From positions 186,001-250,000 of the IMG/VR virus record IMGVR_UViG_3300042558_003926: DNA of 64,000 nucleotides, one strand, 5' to 3'. The notes under the pieces are model-generated. The model made no database searches and was not told the origin of the DNA. It saw nothing but the letters and a program-made list of their open reading frames with translations. Each line of letters begins with the position of its first letter. Position 1 is the stretch's first letter. Both the position numbers and the translations under genes were made by a program. Below, piece by piece: positions 9,327-19,589 of the stretch.

Positions 9327-9449
9327 ATGAGAAATAGAAATAAGGTAGCAGTAAATAAGGATCTTTCGTTAATTAGAAAAATTCTAAGATCGAAGAAGTT
9401 GAAGAAATTAAAATCTATAGATTTTTACAAAAATCCTGAATTTGATTAA
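9327..9449 (+). CDS. Small basic protein (40 aa)
   Basis: Hand translation MRNRNKVAVNKDLSLIRKILRSKKLKKLKSIDFYKNPEFD; lies between the exonuclease and a terminator. Confidence 0.4.
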   Translation: MRNRNKVAVNKDLSLIRKILRSKKLKKLKSIDFYKNPEFD

Positions 9450-9453
9450 TCAC

Positions 9454-9488
9454 AAAAAAAACCTAGATCTTTCAATCTAGGTTTTTTT
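9454..9488. terminator. Bidirectional intrinsic terminator
   Basis: A-run ACCTAGAT-loop-ATCTAGGT T-run between convergent genes. Confidence 0.8.
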
Positions 9489-9504
9489 ATTTTATTGTTA
9501 TCGT

Positions 9505-10920
9505 TTAATGAGAAGAATCTCTAAATCTAACACCATCAATCTTACTCACCCTTTCATAAAGTCCTCTTTGTTTAGACTCGTTTAGATATTTAGATAGTTC
9601 TTTTACCCTATCGAAGTCTCTAGCATCGATCGCATCGTCGATCAATCTACTAATTTCTTTTTGAGACATATTAGCGTAATCTGGTTCTCCCTCCGGCTCT
9701 TCTGTTGCGGTTGGATACTCCTTGTAATCATCTGAATCTATACCAGCCATTGCCAATTCATAGTCTTTCAATTCCTGAACTATCTCATCGATAATTTCCT
9801 GAACCCCTTCTTTGGCTTTAGGATCCTCTGATAAAATCATCAGCATTAACTTTAGAAAATCATCAGCAGGCATGAGCATGAGCTTACCAAAAACATGCTC
9901 TCTTAAGTTTGGTACATCTGCAGACTCTGGAAATTCGTTGATAAAATCTCTAAGGTCTCCTGCAATCTCCGGCCCATATCTAAGATCCTCAATTTCATCT
10001 GCTAAGGTATCAGTGTTATCTATAACCATTTGAGCGGATTCTTCGTCTTCCGGAATAGCACAAGCAGCGATTAGCTCATATATTCCTTTAACTGTTTCAT
10101 GCAAAAGCATAGCAAAGTCAGTACCAAGAACGTTTATCGTTGGTCTAACTGAATCGAAAAGCTCTTCAGTTTCTTCCTTAGGAAGTTCAGAATCGTCCAT
10201 TAGCTCATCTAAAATTTGCTGTGCTAAGTCTTCCGAATCCTTAGATTCTTCTGGAGTTTCCCACTGAACTGAAACGGATCCAGAAAAACCAGATTTGTCT
10301 CTTTCCCACATCTCTTTTTGAACCTCCATTGGAATCATCCAATCGAAGAATCCAGCAATTTCAGTGATCTTATTCAGGGTAACCCGATATTCCTCACCAA
10401 CTTCTCTACCAAGGATCTCATATAAACCATCTCTAACTTCCGGAAGGTTCAACATTTTCTTGGTGTTCTTAGCTTCTCCCTGAGTTATGTTGTTTGCGAT
10501 TTTTCTCTTGTGGATTTCTGAAATAATCCCAGCGTCTTGCAATTCTTTGAATTGTGGCATTTCTGCTGGTTCTGCTGGAACATTCTCCATGCTTTTCTTC
10601 ATCTGGTCACCTTTAGGAAATTTAATTCTTAATTCAACATCATTTAGAATATCTCCATACATGGTTCTGATAGCTCTTTCTGCTAAAGCCTCTAATTGAG
10701 CTTCCTTACCTTTTTGAATAGCTTTCGCTCTAGAGACAAGACTCATGAATTGAGGGATGTCCCTTCCGTGGGTTCTTTGCAATTGAGCGTTTCTTTCCTC
10801 CGCCTTTCTCTCTATATCGGCTAGGTATTTTTTTCTTTGATCTCCCTCTCCCTCACCAGGTATTCCTGGATTTCCTCTAAGAGAAGCTTCATTTAGTCTG
10901 TCATGGAATGATTTAATCAT
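9505..10920 (-). CDS. Hypothetical protein with CTS-like N-terminal tag; putative virion protein
   Basis: MIKSFHDRLNEA; acidic and helical. Confidence 0.6.
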   Translation of the reverse strand: MIKSFHDRLNEASLRGNPGIPGEGEGDQRKKYLADIERKAEERNAQLQRTHGRDIPQFMSLVSRAKAIQKGKEAQLEALAERAIRTMYGDILNDVELRIKFPKGDQMKKSMENVPAEPAEMPQFKELQDAGIISEIHKRKIANNITQGEAKNTKKMLNLPEVRDGLYEILGREVGEEYRVTLNKITEIAGFFDWMIPMEVQKEMWERDKSGFSGSVSVQWETPEESKDSEDLAQQILDELMDDSELPKEETEELFDSVRPTINVLGTDFAMLLHETVKGIYELIAACAIPEDEESAQMVIDNTDTLADEIEDLRYGPEIAGDLRDFINEFPESADVPNLREHVFGKLMLMPADDFLKLMLMILSEDPKAKEGVQEIIDEIVQELKDYELAMAGIDSDDYKEYPTATEEPEGEPDYANMSQKEISRLIDDAIDARDFDRVKELSKYLNESKQRGLYERVSKIDGVRFRDSSH

Positions 10921-11173
10921 CGTATCTGGATTTTAGTTTTGATAAGTCGAATTTAATTGCCATTTTGCTTTTTCTTAATTCTGTCATGAATCTTTTCATA
11001 ACATCATCAATCTTAGCTTTAGGTCTAGGATCAACAGAAGGCTTGTCCCTTCTGATAGGTCCTGGCTTGGACGGAGTTGTGCCTGGGGTTGTTCCTGGCT
11101 TAATATCTGGCCTAGTCGGAGCTGTTCCGGGTCTGGTGGCCAAAAACTCATTCATTTTTGTAATTATTGCCAT
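10913..11173 (-). CDS. Small Pro-rich protein with CTS-like tag
   Basis: MAIITKMNEFL followed by PGT/P-rich repeats. Confidence 0.6.
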   Translation of the reverse strand: MAIITKMNEFLATRPGTAPTRPDIKPGTTPGTTPSKPGPIRRDKPSVDPRPKAKIDDVMKRFMTELRKSKMAIKFDLSKLKSRYDD

Positions 11174-11193
11174 TCTTTTATGATTTAGTTTTG

Positions 11194-11203
11194 AATATAT
11201 ATC
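11194..11203. promoter_or_regulatory. Putative bidirectional late promoter AATATATATC
   Basis: Near-palindromic motif in the 40-bp gap between two divergent tagged genes. Confidence 0.55.
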
Positions 11204-11213
11204 GAAAGTAAAT

Positions 11214-12752
11214 TTGTATAAAATGATGAAAAGCCTTAGCTTCCGAACTTTTTTTGAAGCTGTAGATCCTCTTAATGAGAGTCTTCAACCAGCCAAAGAT
11301 TATCTATTAAAGAAACATGCAGACAAAAAGGAGATAAAAATCTCAGATATTCCAGAGGAAGACAAGAGAAGGATTCTTCAGAACCCTAGATATATTCAGG
11401 TTCGAGATTTAACTCAGAAGAATACTGGGTATACGCTACCATTCTTAAAGTTCTATCTGGAACAGAATGCAACGCTAGAGGAACTACAGGAGATCTTCGC
11501 TCTGTTAACAAAATACAAGAACACTTTATCAGACCTTTCAATGTCTGTTGGTGACTATTCTAAATACGTACCAGGTGAGGATGACGAAGAGACTAAACCG
11601 GGATATGAACTTCTTGGTGATGAGCTAAGAAGCTTTGAAAGAAGAAAGAAGGTTAAAGATTTCTTCCAAGAGATGACTCCGAGAATGAAGAAAGAATTCA
11701 ACAAGGCATCGGAAGAAGAAATTGAGGACCTAACTGCAATATCTAACCAGTTAAAGACACTACCTGATGTTGACGGTGAGAATGCTTGGAAGTCTTTTTC
11801 TAAGAATATGAAGAAGTATGACGATACTAGAACATACACTGAATATTCAAATTCACGTACAGCATTCCTGGATATTAAAAAGGATGCTCTTAACTTTATA
11901 GAAGCATGGGGTAAAGGAGACGATGAGCTTCTAGCATCGCTGAAAAAATTAGGACCACAAGCTGGTATTCTCTATGCTAAAAACAAGTATATTGCAATGT
12001 CTGCAAGAACACCGGAAGCAAATAGAGCAGTTTGTTCTGATACTGGCTGGTGTATTAAAACGGACTCTACATTCTGGTCATACGGTGGAGGTAGAATCCA
12101 ATTAAATATTATCGATAGAAACCGTCCGGTTTCTGATCCTAAGAGTTTGCTTGGTATCACAATAAACCCAGATGGAAGTGTACACACATCCCACGATAGA
12201 CCAAATTCAAGAGTTAGCGGAAGAACTTATGTTGAAATTCTCAAGCAATATTACCCGCAGGAACTTGTTGATGCAGTTAAGGAAAGATTTGATAGAGAGG
12301 TTTCAATTAAGCTTGCTTTAGAGAAATACTTTAGAGATTCTTCCGGTCTAGACACTAAGAAAATCATAGAATCTCTAATCACATTAAGCAAAGGATTCCT
12401 ATCTGGAGCGGTTCCGCCGGAAGACTGGGAACAAATCTCAGGAACTGTTGCTGAAATTATCTTCATAGAAAGAAAACTGACCAAGAGCGAGTTCATGAAA
12501 GTATTTAGGGATCATGGAATTTTCTCAGCTGCAACTTGGCACGTTTTCGATGCTATTGTTGGCACTGATTATTCCAAAGATGATATGGAAAAAATCGGGG
12601 AATCAGTTAAGAGAAATCTGAAGAACATGCAGGATCTTATCGATCTTAAAAAACAGGGTGTCCTAGATATTAAACCGAAGGATATGGAAAGCATGGAGGA
12701 AATTATCAAAAACCGAGATGAGGTTATGTCGGAGATCTCTAAAAGAATGTAA
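11214..12752 (+). CDS. Hypothetical protein with CTS-like tag
   Basis: MKSLSFRTFFEAVDPLNES; internal TPEANRAVCSDTGWCI segment. Confidence 0.65.
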   Translation: MYKMMKSLSFRTFFEAVDPLNESLQPAKDYLLKKHADKKEIKISDIPEEDKRRILQNPRYIQVRDLTQKNTGYTLPFLKFYLEQNATLEELQEIFALLTKYKNTLSDLSMSVGDYSKYVPGEDDEETKPGYELLGDELRSFERRKKVKDFFQEMTPRMKKEFNKASEEEIEDLTAISNQLKTLPDVDGENAWKSFSKNMKKYDDTRTYTEYSNSRTAFLDIKKDALNFIEAWGKGDDELLASLKKLGPQAGILYAKNKYIAMSARTPEANRAVCSDTGWCIKTDSTFWSYGGGRIQLNIIDRNRPVSDPKSLLGITINPDGSVHTSHDRPNSRVSGRTYVEILKQYYPQELVDAVKERFDREVSIKLALEKYFRDSSGLDTKKIIESLITLSKGFLSGAVPPEDWEQISGTVAEIIFIERKLTKSEFMKVFRDHGIFSAATWHVFDAIVGTDYSKDDMEKIGESVKRNLKNMQDLIDLKKQGVLDIKPKDMESMEEIIKNRDEVMSEISKRM

Positions 12753-12773
12753 AATCAAAAGCATAAATATAAA

Positions 12774-14024
12774 ATGGAAGAATTCAAAAATAACACAGTA
12801 TCCATAGATGAAATGGCCAGAAGAGGTCAATGGTACGGAACGACCGAAACTACTAGAGAGCTTACTGACTCATTTAATAACAGCGAAGAAGGACGAGATC
12901 TTCAGGCGATTGGAGTCCAGATTGAAGCTAGGGATAGAGACACCATACTTCTAATTAGAAGAGGAGGTCCTATGGCAGACGTTGAGCTCTACAAGAATGA
13001 GGATGGCGAGTTCTGTTATGAGTACCTATCTAGCAAAGCTGGTGTTGAAAGATATGCACTTCACAAGTTCGATACTCCTGAGGCATGTTTAAGATCACTG
13101 CTCCTTAGAATTATTAGAAATAATATTCCGGCAGCGATTATTCCTAAGAAAGATATCCCGAATATCAACTTCAACGAATTAGTTCCTGTTGGAGCTGCTT
13201 TAAGTATGCAGGATATCCTATCCAGAATGAAAGAAACTATTGCAGCGGACGAGTTAATTGATCCAGATGCTAATGCAGTTGAGGCTTTACCAACAATCAG
13301 AAACCTGGAGAATATGGGTATTGTCGGTAAGAGTCTTACTGGAAGTACCAGAGGTGATGTTATTAAAAAAGTTGATGTTATTGCTCCAAAATATAAATTT
13401 TACTCAAGAGCAGCCTCTAGAGTAGGTGAAATCTATGGTGAGATGATAGCACAAATATTGGGAGTTAGATATACAGATCTTAGTGGTACTATAAGACAAA
13501 GCAATGAGGTTTGGCGTGTAAATAACACCAATCGATTACCATTAAATGGAATCAACTTCAGAACAGGTGACAATTCAGTTAGATGTAACATCCAGGACAA
13601 CGAGATCTTTGGATCGGTATTCATCGCTATCTTTAAAAGAACCTTTAAAAGGGCTAAGGGTAAATACGAGAAAGAACATTTACTTAAAGGAGGATATAGC
13701 TTTTTCACAACAGCAAGAGGTACGAACAAAGAGGAACTACTCGTAGAGCTTAATGCACTCCTGTCCGATTACTTTACCGAGGCAGCGGAAAAACTAGAGC
13801 CTACAGTATTTATAGATCCAGGAATGGAGGGATCACAAGTTCACGAGAACGCTAAAGCTCTCCTAATAAAATACCTTCTCAAAAAGGGATCAATGGATCT
13901 TAAAAGAGCAATCGGAGAGAATGACGAACTTAGCGATCTTGTAGATATGACTACTAGACACGAAGATATGGACGACTTAACAAGAAAACTAATCGACGTA
14001 TCTAGAGCACTTAGATTTGTATAA
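12774..14024 (+). CDS. Hypothetical protein
   Basis: 416-aa ORF; TAAATA just upstream; C-terminus RKLIDVSRALRFV. Confidence 0.65.
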   Translation: MEEFKNNTVSIDEMARRGQWYGTTETTRELTDSFNNSEEGRDLQAIGVQIEARDRDTILLIRRGGPMADVELYKNEDGEFCYEYLSSKAGVERYALHKFDTPEACLRSLLLRIIRNNIPAAIIPKKDIPNINFNELVPVGAALSMQDILSRMKETIAADELIDPDANAVEALPTIRNLENMGIVGKSLTGSTRGDVIKKVDVIAPKYKFYSRAASRVGEIYGEMIAQILGVRYTDLSGTIRQSNEVWRVNNTNRLPLNGINFRTGDNSVRCNIQDNEIFGSVFIAIFKRTFKRAKGKYEKEHLLKGGYSFFTTARGTNKEELLVELNALLSDYFTEAAEKLEPTVFIDPGMEGSQVHENAKALLIKYLLKKGSMDLKRAIGENDELSDLVDMTTRHEDMDDLTRKLIDVSRALRFV

Positions 14025-14034
14025 AGAATAGAAC

Positions 14035-14280
14035 ATGGAATTACAAGAAAGAAAAAGACAGGACTTATGCTCAGGATGTGGAAAGTCAATAGCTGATCCG
14101 GAAAAAGAATGTCCCCACTGCGGAACATTCCCACATAAGGCATATCACGAAAGATCCGCTGCTAGTACTCTAGGTATAGCGAAATGGTTACAGAATGCTC
14201 CTGTCATGCAACCTAATCAGAAGCTAAGCGAAGATAATGGAGGTATGCAGAACCTAATTAGTTTCGAAGATTTCAAATAG
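14035..14280 (+). CDS. Zinc-ribbon protein
   Basis: CSGC...CPHC; C-terminal MQNLISFEDFK resembles the N-terminal tag of other genes. Confidence 0.65.
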   Translation: MELQERKRQDLCSGCGKSIADPEKECPHCGTFPHKAYHERSAASTLGIAKWLQNAPVMQPNQKLSEDNGGMQNLISFEDFK

Positions 14281-14299
14281 TAAATAACTAGAATAAAAG

Positions 14300-14328
14300 A
14301 TCCGGAGTTTTCGCTTCGGATTTTTTTT
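14300..14328 (+). terminator. Intrinsic terminator
   Basis: ATCCGGAG-loop-CTTCGGAT followed by a T-run. Confidence 0.75.
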
Positions 14329-14336
14329 GTGTTCTA

Positions 14337-14368
14337 TTTTTATTTCCCGAGTTACTTTTTTATCTTTA
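14337..14368 (+). promoter_or_regulatory. Putative early promoter (CCCG-N11-TATCTTTA)
   Basis: Motif copy. Confidence 0.6.
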
Positions 14369-14384
14369 TGGTAAATTCAAAAAA

Positions 14385-14603
14385 ATGAAGGCAACCAAAA
14401 GCGAGAGAGTAGGGATAAAAATTTCCAAGCACGAGGTTTATTCGATAATCATAAATCATTTGGCATCAAAGGGATTTGAGGTTAATCACTGTTCTGCTAT
14501 TATAGAAACGGTATATGATGGGACTATGGGCGATACTGGAACCGAAGAGTTCATCGGATTAACCATAGTGGCCAATGAGAAAAAGGAGGAGTTTGAGATA
14601 TGA
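14385..14603 (+). CDS. Hypothetical protein
   Basis: ORF directly after the promoter; stop overlaps the next start. Confidence 0.6.
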   Translation: MKATKSERVGIKISKHEVYSIIINHLASKGFEVNHCSAIIETVYDGTMGDTGTEEFIGLTIVANEKKEEFEI

Positions 14604-14869
14604 AAACAATTATTCACGTAAACCAACACAATATAAGGGCAAACTCTAAAGGTGAGAACAAGCCAGTGCTGACTTGCAAGACTTACAAGTCTAACGTTTA
14701 CTGTAATGAGGCAATAGTATATGGACAAGACGGACTTCCCGCTGCAAGAATAGTATATTCTCCAGAAAAACCGCTATCCTGCGGAGCTAAGGTTTGGATA
14801 GAAACGTATGGGGAAGTGAAAACAAACAGGGAAATTGAGATAATAGAAGAATCAAAGTGCATAATTTGA
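14600..14869 (+). CDS. Conserved phage hypothetical protein
   Basis: MKTIIHVNQHNIRAN...PVLTCK...PLSCGAKVWIET. Confidence 0.7.
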   Translation: MKTIIHVNQHNIRANSKGENKPVLTCKTYKSNVYCNEAIVYGQDGLPAARIVYSPEKPLSCGAKVWIETYGEVKTNREIEIIEESKCII

Positions 14870-15411
14870 AATTAAAAGAGAAAATGGAAAAGAAGATTGA
14901 GTATTTAGAATTTAGTAAAACAGAGAAAGAAAATTCTGTGGAAGAGCTATTCTGTGGGGAATTGGAAAGAACTGGGAAGATAAACCCTCTTGATGAGGGC
15001 ATGATGAAATTGCTGGTCACCCTTGTTACAAACAAATCGGCTATCGATGAGATCTACGAGGATGCACGTAAGATGTCATTTCTAATTCCAATACTAGAGG
15101 ATAGGTTAAAAACGATGAACCGAGAATTGGATAAGGCTGCTGCTATTTTCATCGGTCTTGCATGTCAAACACCAGGAGATTCCGTCATGTATTCATATTA
15201 CATTGCTTATCAGATGAAAAAGAAGGGAATTGGCAAAAAATTGACATTGGAAGAAATCTGTATGTCTATTTTCCCAAATGGTCTTTTTGATAGTGAATCA
15301 ATGGATGAGATTTGGGACAAACAGAAAGTTAATAGAGATGGATCAGGATCAGACAATCTCTTAGATTACAGGAAAGCTTCGGAAAGCTTAATATACGAAG
15401 CGAATGAGTAA
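14857..15411 (+). CDS. Hypothetical protein
   Basis: ORF in the operon; alternative ATG at 14884. Confidence 0.6.
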   Translation: MHNLKLKEKMEKKIEYLEFSKTEKENSVEELFCGELERTGKINPLDEGMMKLLVTLVTNKSAIDEIYEDARKMSFLIPILEDRLKTMNRELDKAAAIFIGLACQTPGDSVMYSYYIAYQMKKKGIGKKLTLEEICMSIFPNGLFDSESMDEIWDKQKVNRDGSGSDNLLDYRKASESLIYEANE

Positions 15412-16015
15412 AGTAAATAATTTTGATCTCATAAGGCCTCTGATAGTTTTTCCTGACGATCAGAGTTTCTATTTTCTCCAGATACTAAAGAGAAGAAAGG
15501 ATAATCCTGATCTAGAAAAGGATATGATCCATATAGCGGACTTCTACATCTACAGCACAGAGGAGTATGATAAGCTAAAACATCGGATTATTAAAATATG
15601 CGACAACGAGAATGCTAGAGCATACCTTAGACTTAACGTACGGGACTCAAAGAAGATCGCTATGCAGACTTTGAAGAGAATAGTGGACTACATATCATCT
15701 GAGAATTATAAGGCCGTAAAGAAAGCGTATGCGTCCTGTACAGGTGAGTTCGGATCGTCATCCGACAAGACTTGGATAGTTGACATAGATAACGTCTCTA
15801 TGGATTCTTTTGGTCACGCAGAAAAATACGCTAAGATCCGTGACTTCGTTTCTGATTTGCAGAGAGAAGCTGGAAAGGAACCGATGGTAGGGATCATACC
15901 AACTAAAAGCGGATTTCATCTCATCACCAGACCATTTAATCTGCAGAAATTCAAATCAGAGTATCCCGATATAGACGTTCATAAAGATAATCCAACAACT
16001 TTATATTGTCCATGA
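15404..16015 (+). CDS. Conserved phage protein, possible AEP (primase-polymerase) fold
   Basis: FYFLQILKRRKDNP; WIVDID (motif I-like) and TKSGFHLIT (motif II-like). Confidence 0.45.
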   Translation: MSKVNNFDLIRPLIVFPDDQSFYFLQILKRRKDNPDLEKDMIHIADFYIYSTEEYDKLKHRIIKICDNENARAYLRLNVRDSKKIAMQTLKRIVDYISSENYKAVKKAYASCTGEFGSSSDKTWIVDIDNVSMDSFGHAEKYAKIRDFVSDLQREAGKEPMVGIIPTKSGFHLITRPFNLQKFKSEYPDIDVHKDNPTTLYCP

Positions 16016-17457
16016 AGGTAAAGGAAAAAGATAAAAGGATAGTAGATCTAAGTACACTGAATTCTGATCAGTTGAAAGCTTTTGAGACCCTTCGAGACTA
16101 TCTCTCTGATAAGGAGGATCAAAGTGTCTATGTTTTAAAAGGATGGGCAGGAACCGGTAAAACATACTGTATAAGCGTTCTCATCAGGTACGTGCTAGAG
16201 GTTATGTACTCCTCACATGCATGGTATAAGGTAGCAGTGACTGGACCTACCAATAAATCAGTTAGAGTTATCAAAAAAACTGCGGGAATAAAAAATAGCA
16301 GGGTATCATTTCAAACGGTACATAAGCTTCTAGGATTAAAAGAGAAGATTACTCAGGATGGACAACAGGTTTTCGAGAACGATGGATTTCTTAAACCTGG
16401 AATAAACTCCATAAAGCTTCTGGTCATAGATGAGGTTTCCATGCTAAACGATGATCTATTTCAGAAGATTATAAAATATCGGGGTAAATTAAAGATTATC
16501 TGTATGGGAGATCCAGCTCAGATCCCTCCTGTGGGAAGACCTGACTGCATACCTTTTAGAGATGAATTGGCTGATTTTTATAACATCAAGACCATACAGT
16601 TAAAAAAGGTCATGAGGCAAAAGGATGGAAATTCAATTATAGGCGTCTCGGTAAGGATTAGATCGGATCTTGGTTCAACCCAACAGGTAGCTCCGGAGAA
16701 TTTAATAAATGACAGGGGGGAAGGAGTAGAATTTCTAAACCTGAACAGCGATAATATTCGTAAGGAATTTTCCAAAATACTAGAGGGATATTTTAAAACT
16801 AAGGAGTTTGAAAGAGATTCTGAATATGCTAAGATTATAGCATGGAGAAATAAGACCGTATCATCGATGAACTCTCTTATTAGGAAAGTTATTTATGGAG
16901 ACGAGTCATTGAGTTCCAAGATATTAGTTGGGGAAAAACTTATAGCAAATACTCCAATAATAGAAGGGGAGTCGATCATCTTTAATACAAATGACGAATT
17001 TACCGTAGAGAAATTTGAGATTAAAAGTAAGGATCATAGATTTAAAATATCAGACGATCCAGACGAGGAACTTTTCGGTATAAGTTTGAAATACTACAGT
17101 ACAACGGTGTCTTATTTTAACGAGGACGATGAGCTGGAGAGAAAGGTAATTCAGATCCTCCACGAAGATAGTGAGAGCGATTTCAACAAACTAGCTAACA
17201 TACTGAAACTTAGAGCTATTAGAAAGTCTGGTAAGGATAAGACATGGATTCAGTATTATAACTTCCTCCGAAGATTTGCTGATGCGAGTTACGCATACGC
17301 AATAACATGTCACAAATCTCAGGGAAGCACATATAACACAGCATTTGTTCTAGAGGATGATATCAATATGAACTTCGATATTGTCGAAAGAAATAGAATA
17401 AAATACACAGCCTATACAAGGGCGAGCAAAAAAGTTTACGTACTAAAAAGATTTTAA
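16006..17457 (+). CDS. SF1B DNA helicase (Dda/RecD2-like)
   Basis: GWAGTGKT, TGPTNKS, VIDEVSM, MGDPAQIPPV, VMRQ, AITCHKSQGST, YTAYTRA. Confidence 0.92.
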   Translation: MSMKVKEKDKRIVDLSTLNSDQLKAFETLRDYLSDKEDQSVYVLKGWAGTGKTYCISVLIRYVLEVMYSSHAWYKVAVTGPTNKSVRVIKKTAGIKNSRVSFQTVHKLLGLKEKITQDGQQVFENDGFLKPGINSIKLLVIDEVSMLNDDLFQKIIKYRGKLKIICMGDPAQIPPVGRPDCIPFRDELADFYNIKTIQLKKVMRQKDGNSIIGVSVRIRSDLGSTQQVAPENLINDRGEGVEFLNLNSDNIRKEFSKILEGYFKTKEFERDSEYAKIIAWRNKTVSSMNSLIRKVIYGDESLSSKILVGEKLIANTPIIEGESIIFNTNDEFTVEKFEIKSKDHRFKISDDPDEELFGISLKYYSTTVSYFNEDDELERKVIQILHEDSESDFNKLANILKLRAIRKSGKDKTWIQYYNFLRRFADASYAYAITCHKSQGSTYNTAFVLEDDINMNFDIVERNRIKYTAYTRASKKVYVLKRF

Positions 17458-17458
17458 T

Positions 17459-17926
17459 ATGTTGGTAGATTTATCAAAGTCAGAACAGGAAGTTCTGAAT
17501 GGAATTAGAAATTCAGAACAGTATAACAATAAGGATTTCTCGGGTAATTATTTCAGACTTTCCGGAGAGTTAGGTATGGTTGTCGGAGCAGCAAAAATTT
17601 ATATTCTGGATAACTATGGGAAGGTAAAGGACTATTCGGATCTGGGTTTAATTCTTAGATGCGCTAACCACGAAGGAACAAAATATTTCGGAAAGAAGAG
17701 GGAGAGAAGATCTAAGAAGGAGGGTTCAGGTAGCAGGGTGATATCCGAAATGATGAGGGAATTAGACAAGGAGAGAATCGAGATAAAGGAGTTCAACAAA
17801 GCTGTTTATGATTGGTCAGATGGGGATTTTTCGGTTGTTTTCAATGGGGTTTCATACAATTGGATAGATTCCATGAGCATTATAGAGATTGCTTCCTATA
17901 TTGAAGAGAGAATTAAAGGAGAATAA
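17459..17926 (+). CDS. Hypothetical protein
   Basis: ORF in the operon. Confidence 0.55.
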   Translation: MLVDLSKSEQEVLNGIRNSEQYNNKDFSGNYFRLSGELGMVVGAAKIYILDNYGKVKDYSDLGLILRCANHEGTKYFGKKRERRSKKEGSGSRVISEMMRELDKERIEIKEFNKAVYDWSDGDFSVVFNGVSYNWIDSMSIIEIASYIEERIKGE

Positions 17927-17945
17927 CGATCTAAAAATATCATGG

Positions 17946-18464
17946 ATGGAAACACCAAAAAAGAAATACCACTCTAAAATTCACGGAGCCTCCTTATTCC
18001 CCGATCTGGTATTAGTTCACTATGGATCATCCAAATATAAGTCCGAACTATTCAGAGAGGTAAAAAACGAGAACTGGGTTAAGCCCAGAGGAGGTTTATG
18101 GACATCTCCACTAAAATCTAACTGGGGATGGAAAGATTGGTGCTTGGCAGAAAACTTTAGAACTTGCGATGAATCGGATAGCTTTAATCTTAAATTTAAA
18201 GATGAGGCCAAAATATTGGTTATAGATAGTCTGCAAGATCTGGAAATGATCCCAAAATCTAAAGTAGCATACAGTAAAAGGTTTTCTAAGGAGTATCCAG
18301 ATTTCGAGTTATTAGCAAAAGAGTGTGACGCAATATGGCTAACAGAGAGTGGACAGAGAGAAACCCATTTATCCCACCCACTATCTCTATATGGATGGGA
18401 CTGCGAAAGTGTACTTATTCTTAACCCGAATTGTTGTTATGAAGTCACATCTACTCTAATTTAA
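17946..18464 (+). CDS. Hypothetical protein (possible ADP-ribosyltransferase-like fold)
   Basis: VHYG...KPRGGLWTSP...GWDCES; ATG at 17946 chosen. Confidence 0.4.
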   Translation: METPKKKYHSKIHGASLFPDLVLVHYGSSKYKSELFREVKNENWVKPRGGLWTSPLKSNWGWKDWCLAENFRTCDESDSFNLKFKDEAKILVIDSLQDLEMIPKSKVAYSKRFSKEYPDFELLAKECDAIWLTESGQRETHLSHPLSLYGWDCESVLILNPNCCYEVTSTLI

Positions 18465-18495
18465 TTTTTTTCCCCGTACAATTATATTATCTTTG
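18465..18495 (+). promoter_or_regulatory. Putative early promoter (CCCCG-N11-TATCTTTG)
   Basis: Exact TAnnTTTG element of the Bacteroidota -7 consensus. Confidence 0.7.
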
Positions 18496-18514
18496 TGATT
18501 GTAAAATCTAACAG

Positions 18515-19588
18515 ATGAAATACGATCTCAAAATATTAAATGATTATATCGAAAGAGGGATGCTGGAAAGGAATCCACATCCTTATCTTTCTATAGACAT
18601 TTACAACTATACAAGAGATTGTCAGTTCACCCAAAGCTGGGACGATATAACTCTGAATATGAGAGGTACAGTACTAGATCTGGAGGGTAACGTCGTAGCA
18701 AGAACTTTTCCTAAGTTCTTTAATATGGAAGAACATACGCCAGATCAAATCCCTTCGGAGCCTTTTGACGTGTTCGAGAAAATGGACGGATCATTGGGAA
18801 TTCTTTTTCATTATGACAGCGATTGGCATTTGGCAACTCGAGGTTCGTTCGTCTCTGATCAGGCAGTAAAAGGAAAGGGGATACTCTCGAAATATAAATA
18901 CCAAGATCTAGATCCCGGATGCACCTATTTATTTGAGATCATATATTCGGAAAACAGAATAGTTGTTAGCTACGATTACGAGGACCTAGTTCTTCTTGCT
19001 ATAATAGACAACCAGACTGGATACGAGTATGATATACACAACGTTCTTTTTAGAGACTTTGAGGATGCTGGCTTTAAGATAGTTAAGAAATACAATGGAA
19101 TAGATGACTATAAGGAGCTTAAAAAGATAATCCCAGATAATTCAGAGGGATTTGTTATTAAGTTCGTCTCAGGCTTTAGAATGAAGATTAAAGGGGAAGA
19201 ATATGTTAGACTCCATAGACTTATTACTAATTTCTCCAATGTTGATATATGGGAGGTACTAAAAGAAGGCAAGAATTTAGAAGATTTTCTGGACAAAGTA
19301 CCCGATGAATTCGACTCTTGGGTAAAGAGGACAATGAATTCTATTTTAACAAATTACCAGAGAATAGAATCACAGGTTGGTAAAATCTATGAGTATCACA
19401 TGTTCGGTAAATTTGGCGACAAAGAGCCAGAGACTGACAAGAAAAAATACGCTGAGTGGGTAAAGGAACGGGATCCTAAAATTCAGCCCATATTATTTAA
19501 GATGTTTGACGGCGGAGACTATTCCAAATATCTATGGAGATTAGTTAGGCCAGAATACCAAAAACCATTTTGGAATAAAGAGGATTAA
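18515..19588 (+). CDS. RNA ligase, T4 Rnl1/RnlA-like
   Basis: RTFPKFFN, FEKMDGSLG (KxDG), LATRGSF, FEII, SEGFVIKF, MKIKGEEY. Confidence 0.88.
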   Translation: MKYDLKILNDYIERGMLERNPHPYLSIDIYNYTRDCQFTQSWDDITLNMRGTVLDLEGNVVARTFPKFFNMEEHTPDQIPSEPFDVFEKMDGSLGILFHYDSDWHLATRGSFVSDQAVKGKGILSKYKYQDLDPGCTYLFEIIYSENRIVVSYDYEDLVLLAIIDNQTGYEYDIHNVLFRDFEDAGFKIVKKYNGIDDYKELKKIIPDNSEGFVIKFVSGFRMKIKGEEYVRLHRLITNFSNVDIWEVLKEGKNLEDFLDKVPDEFDSWVKRTMNSILTNYQRIESQVGKIYEYHMFGKFGDKEPETDKKKYAEWVKERDPKIQPILFKMFDGGDYSKYLWRLVRPEYQKPFWNKED

Positions 19589-19589
19589 T

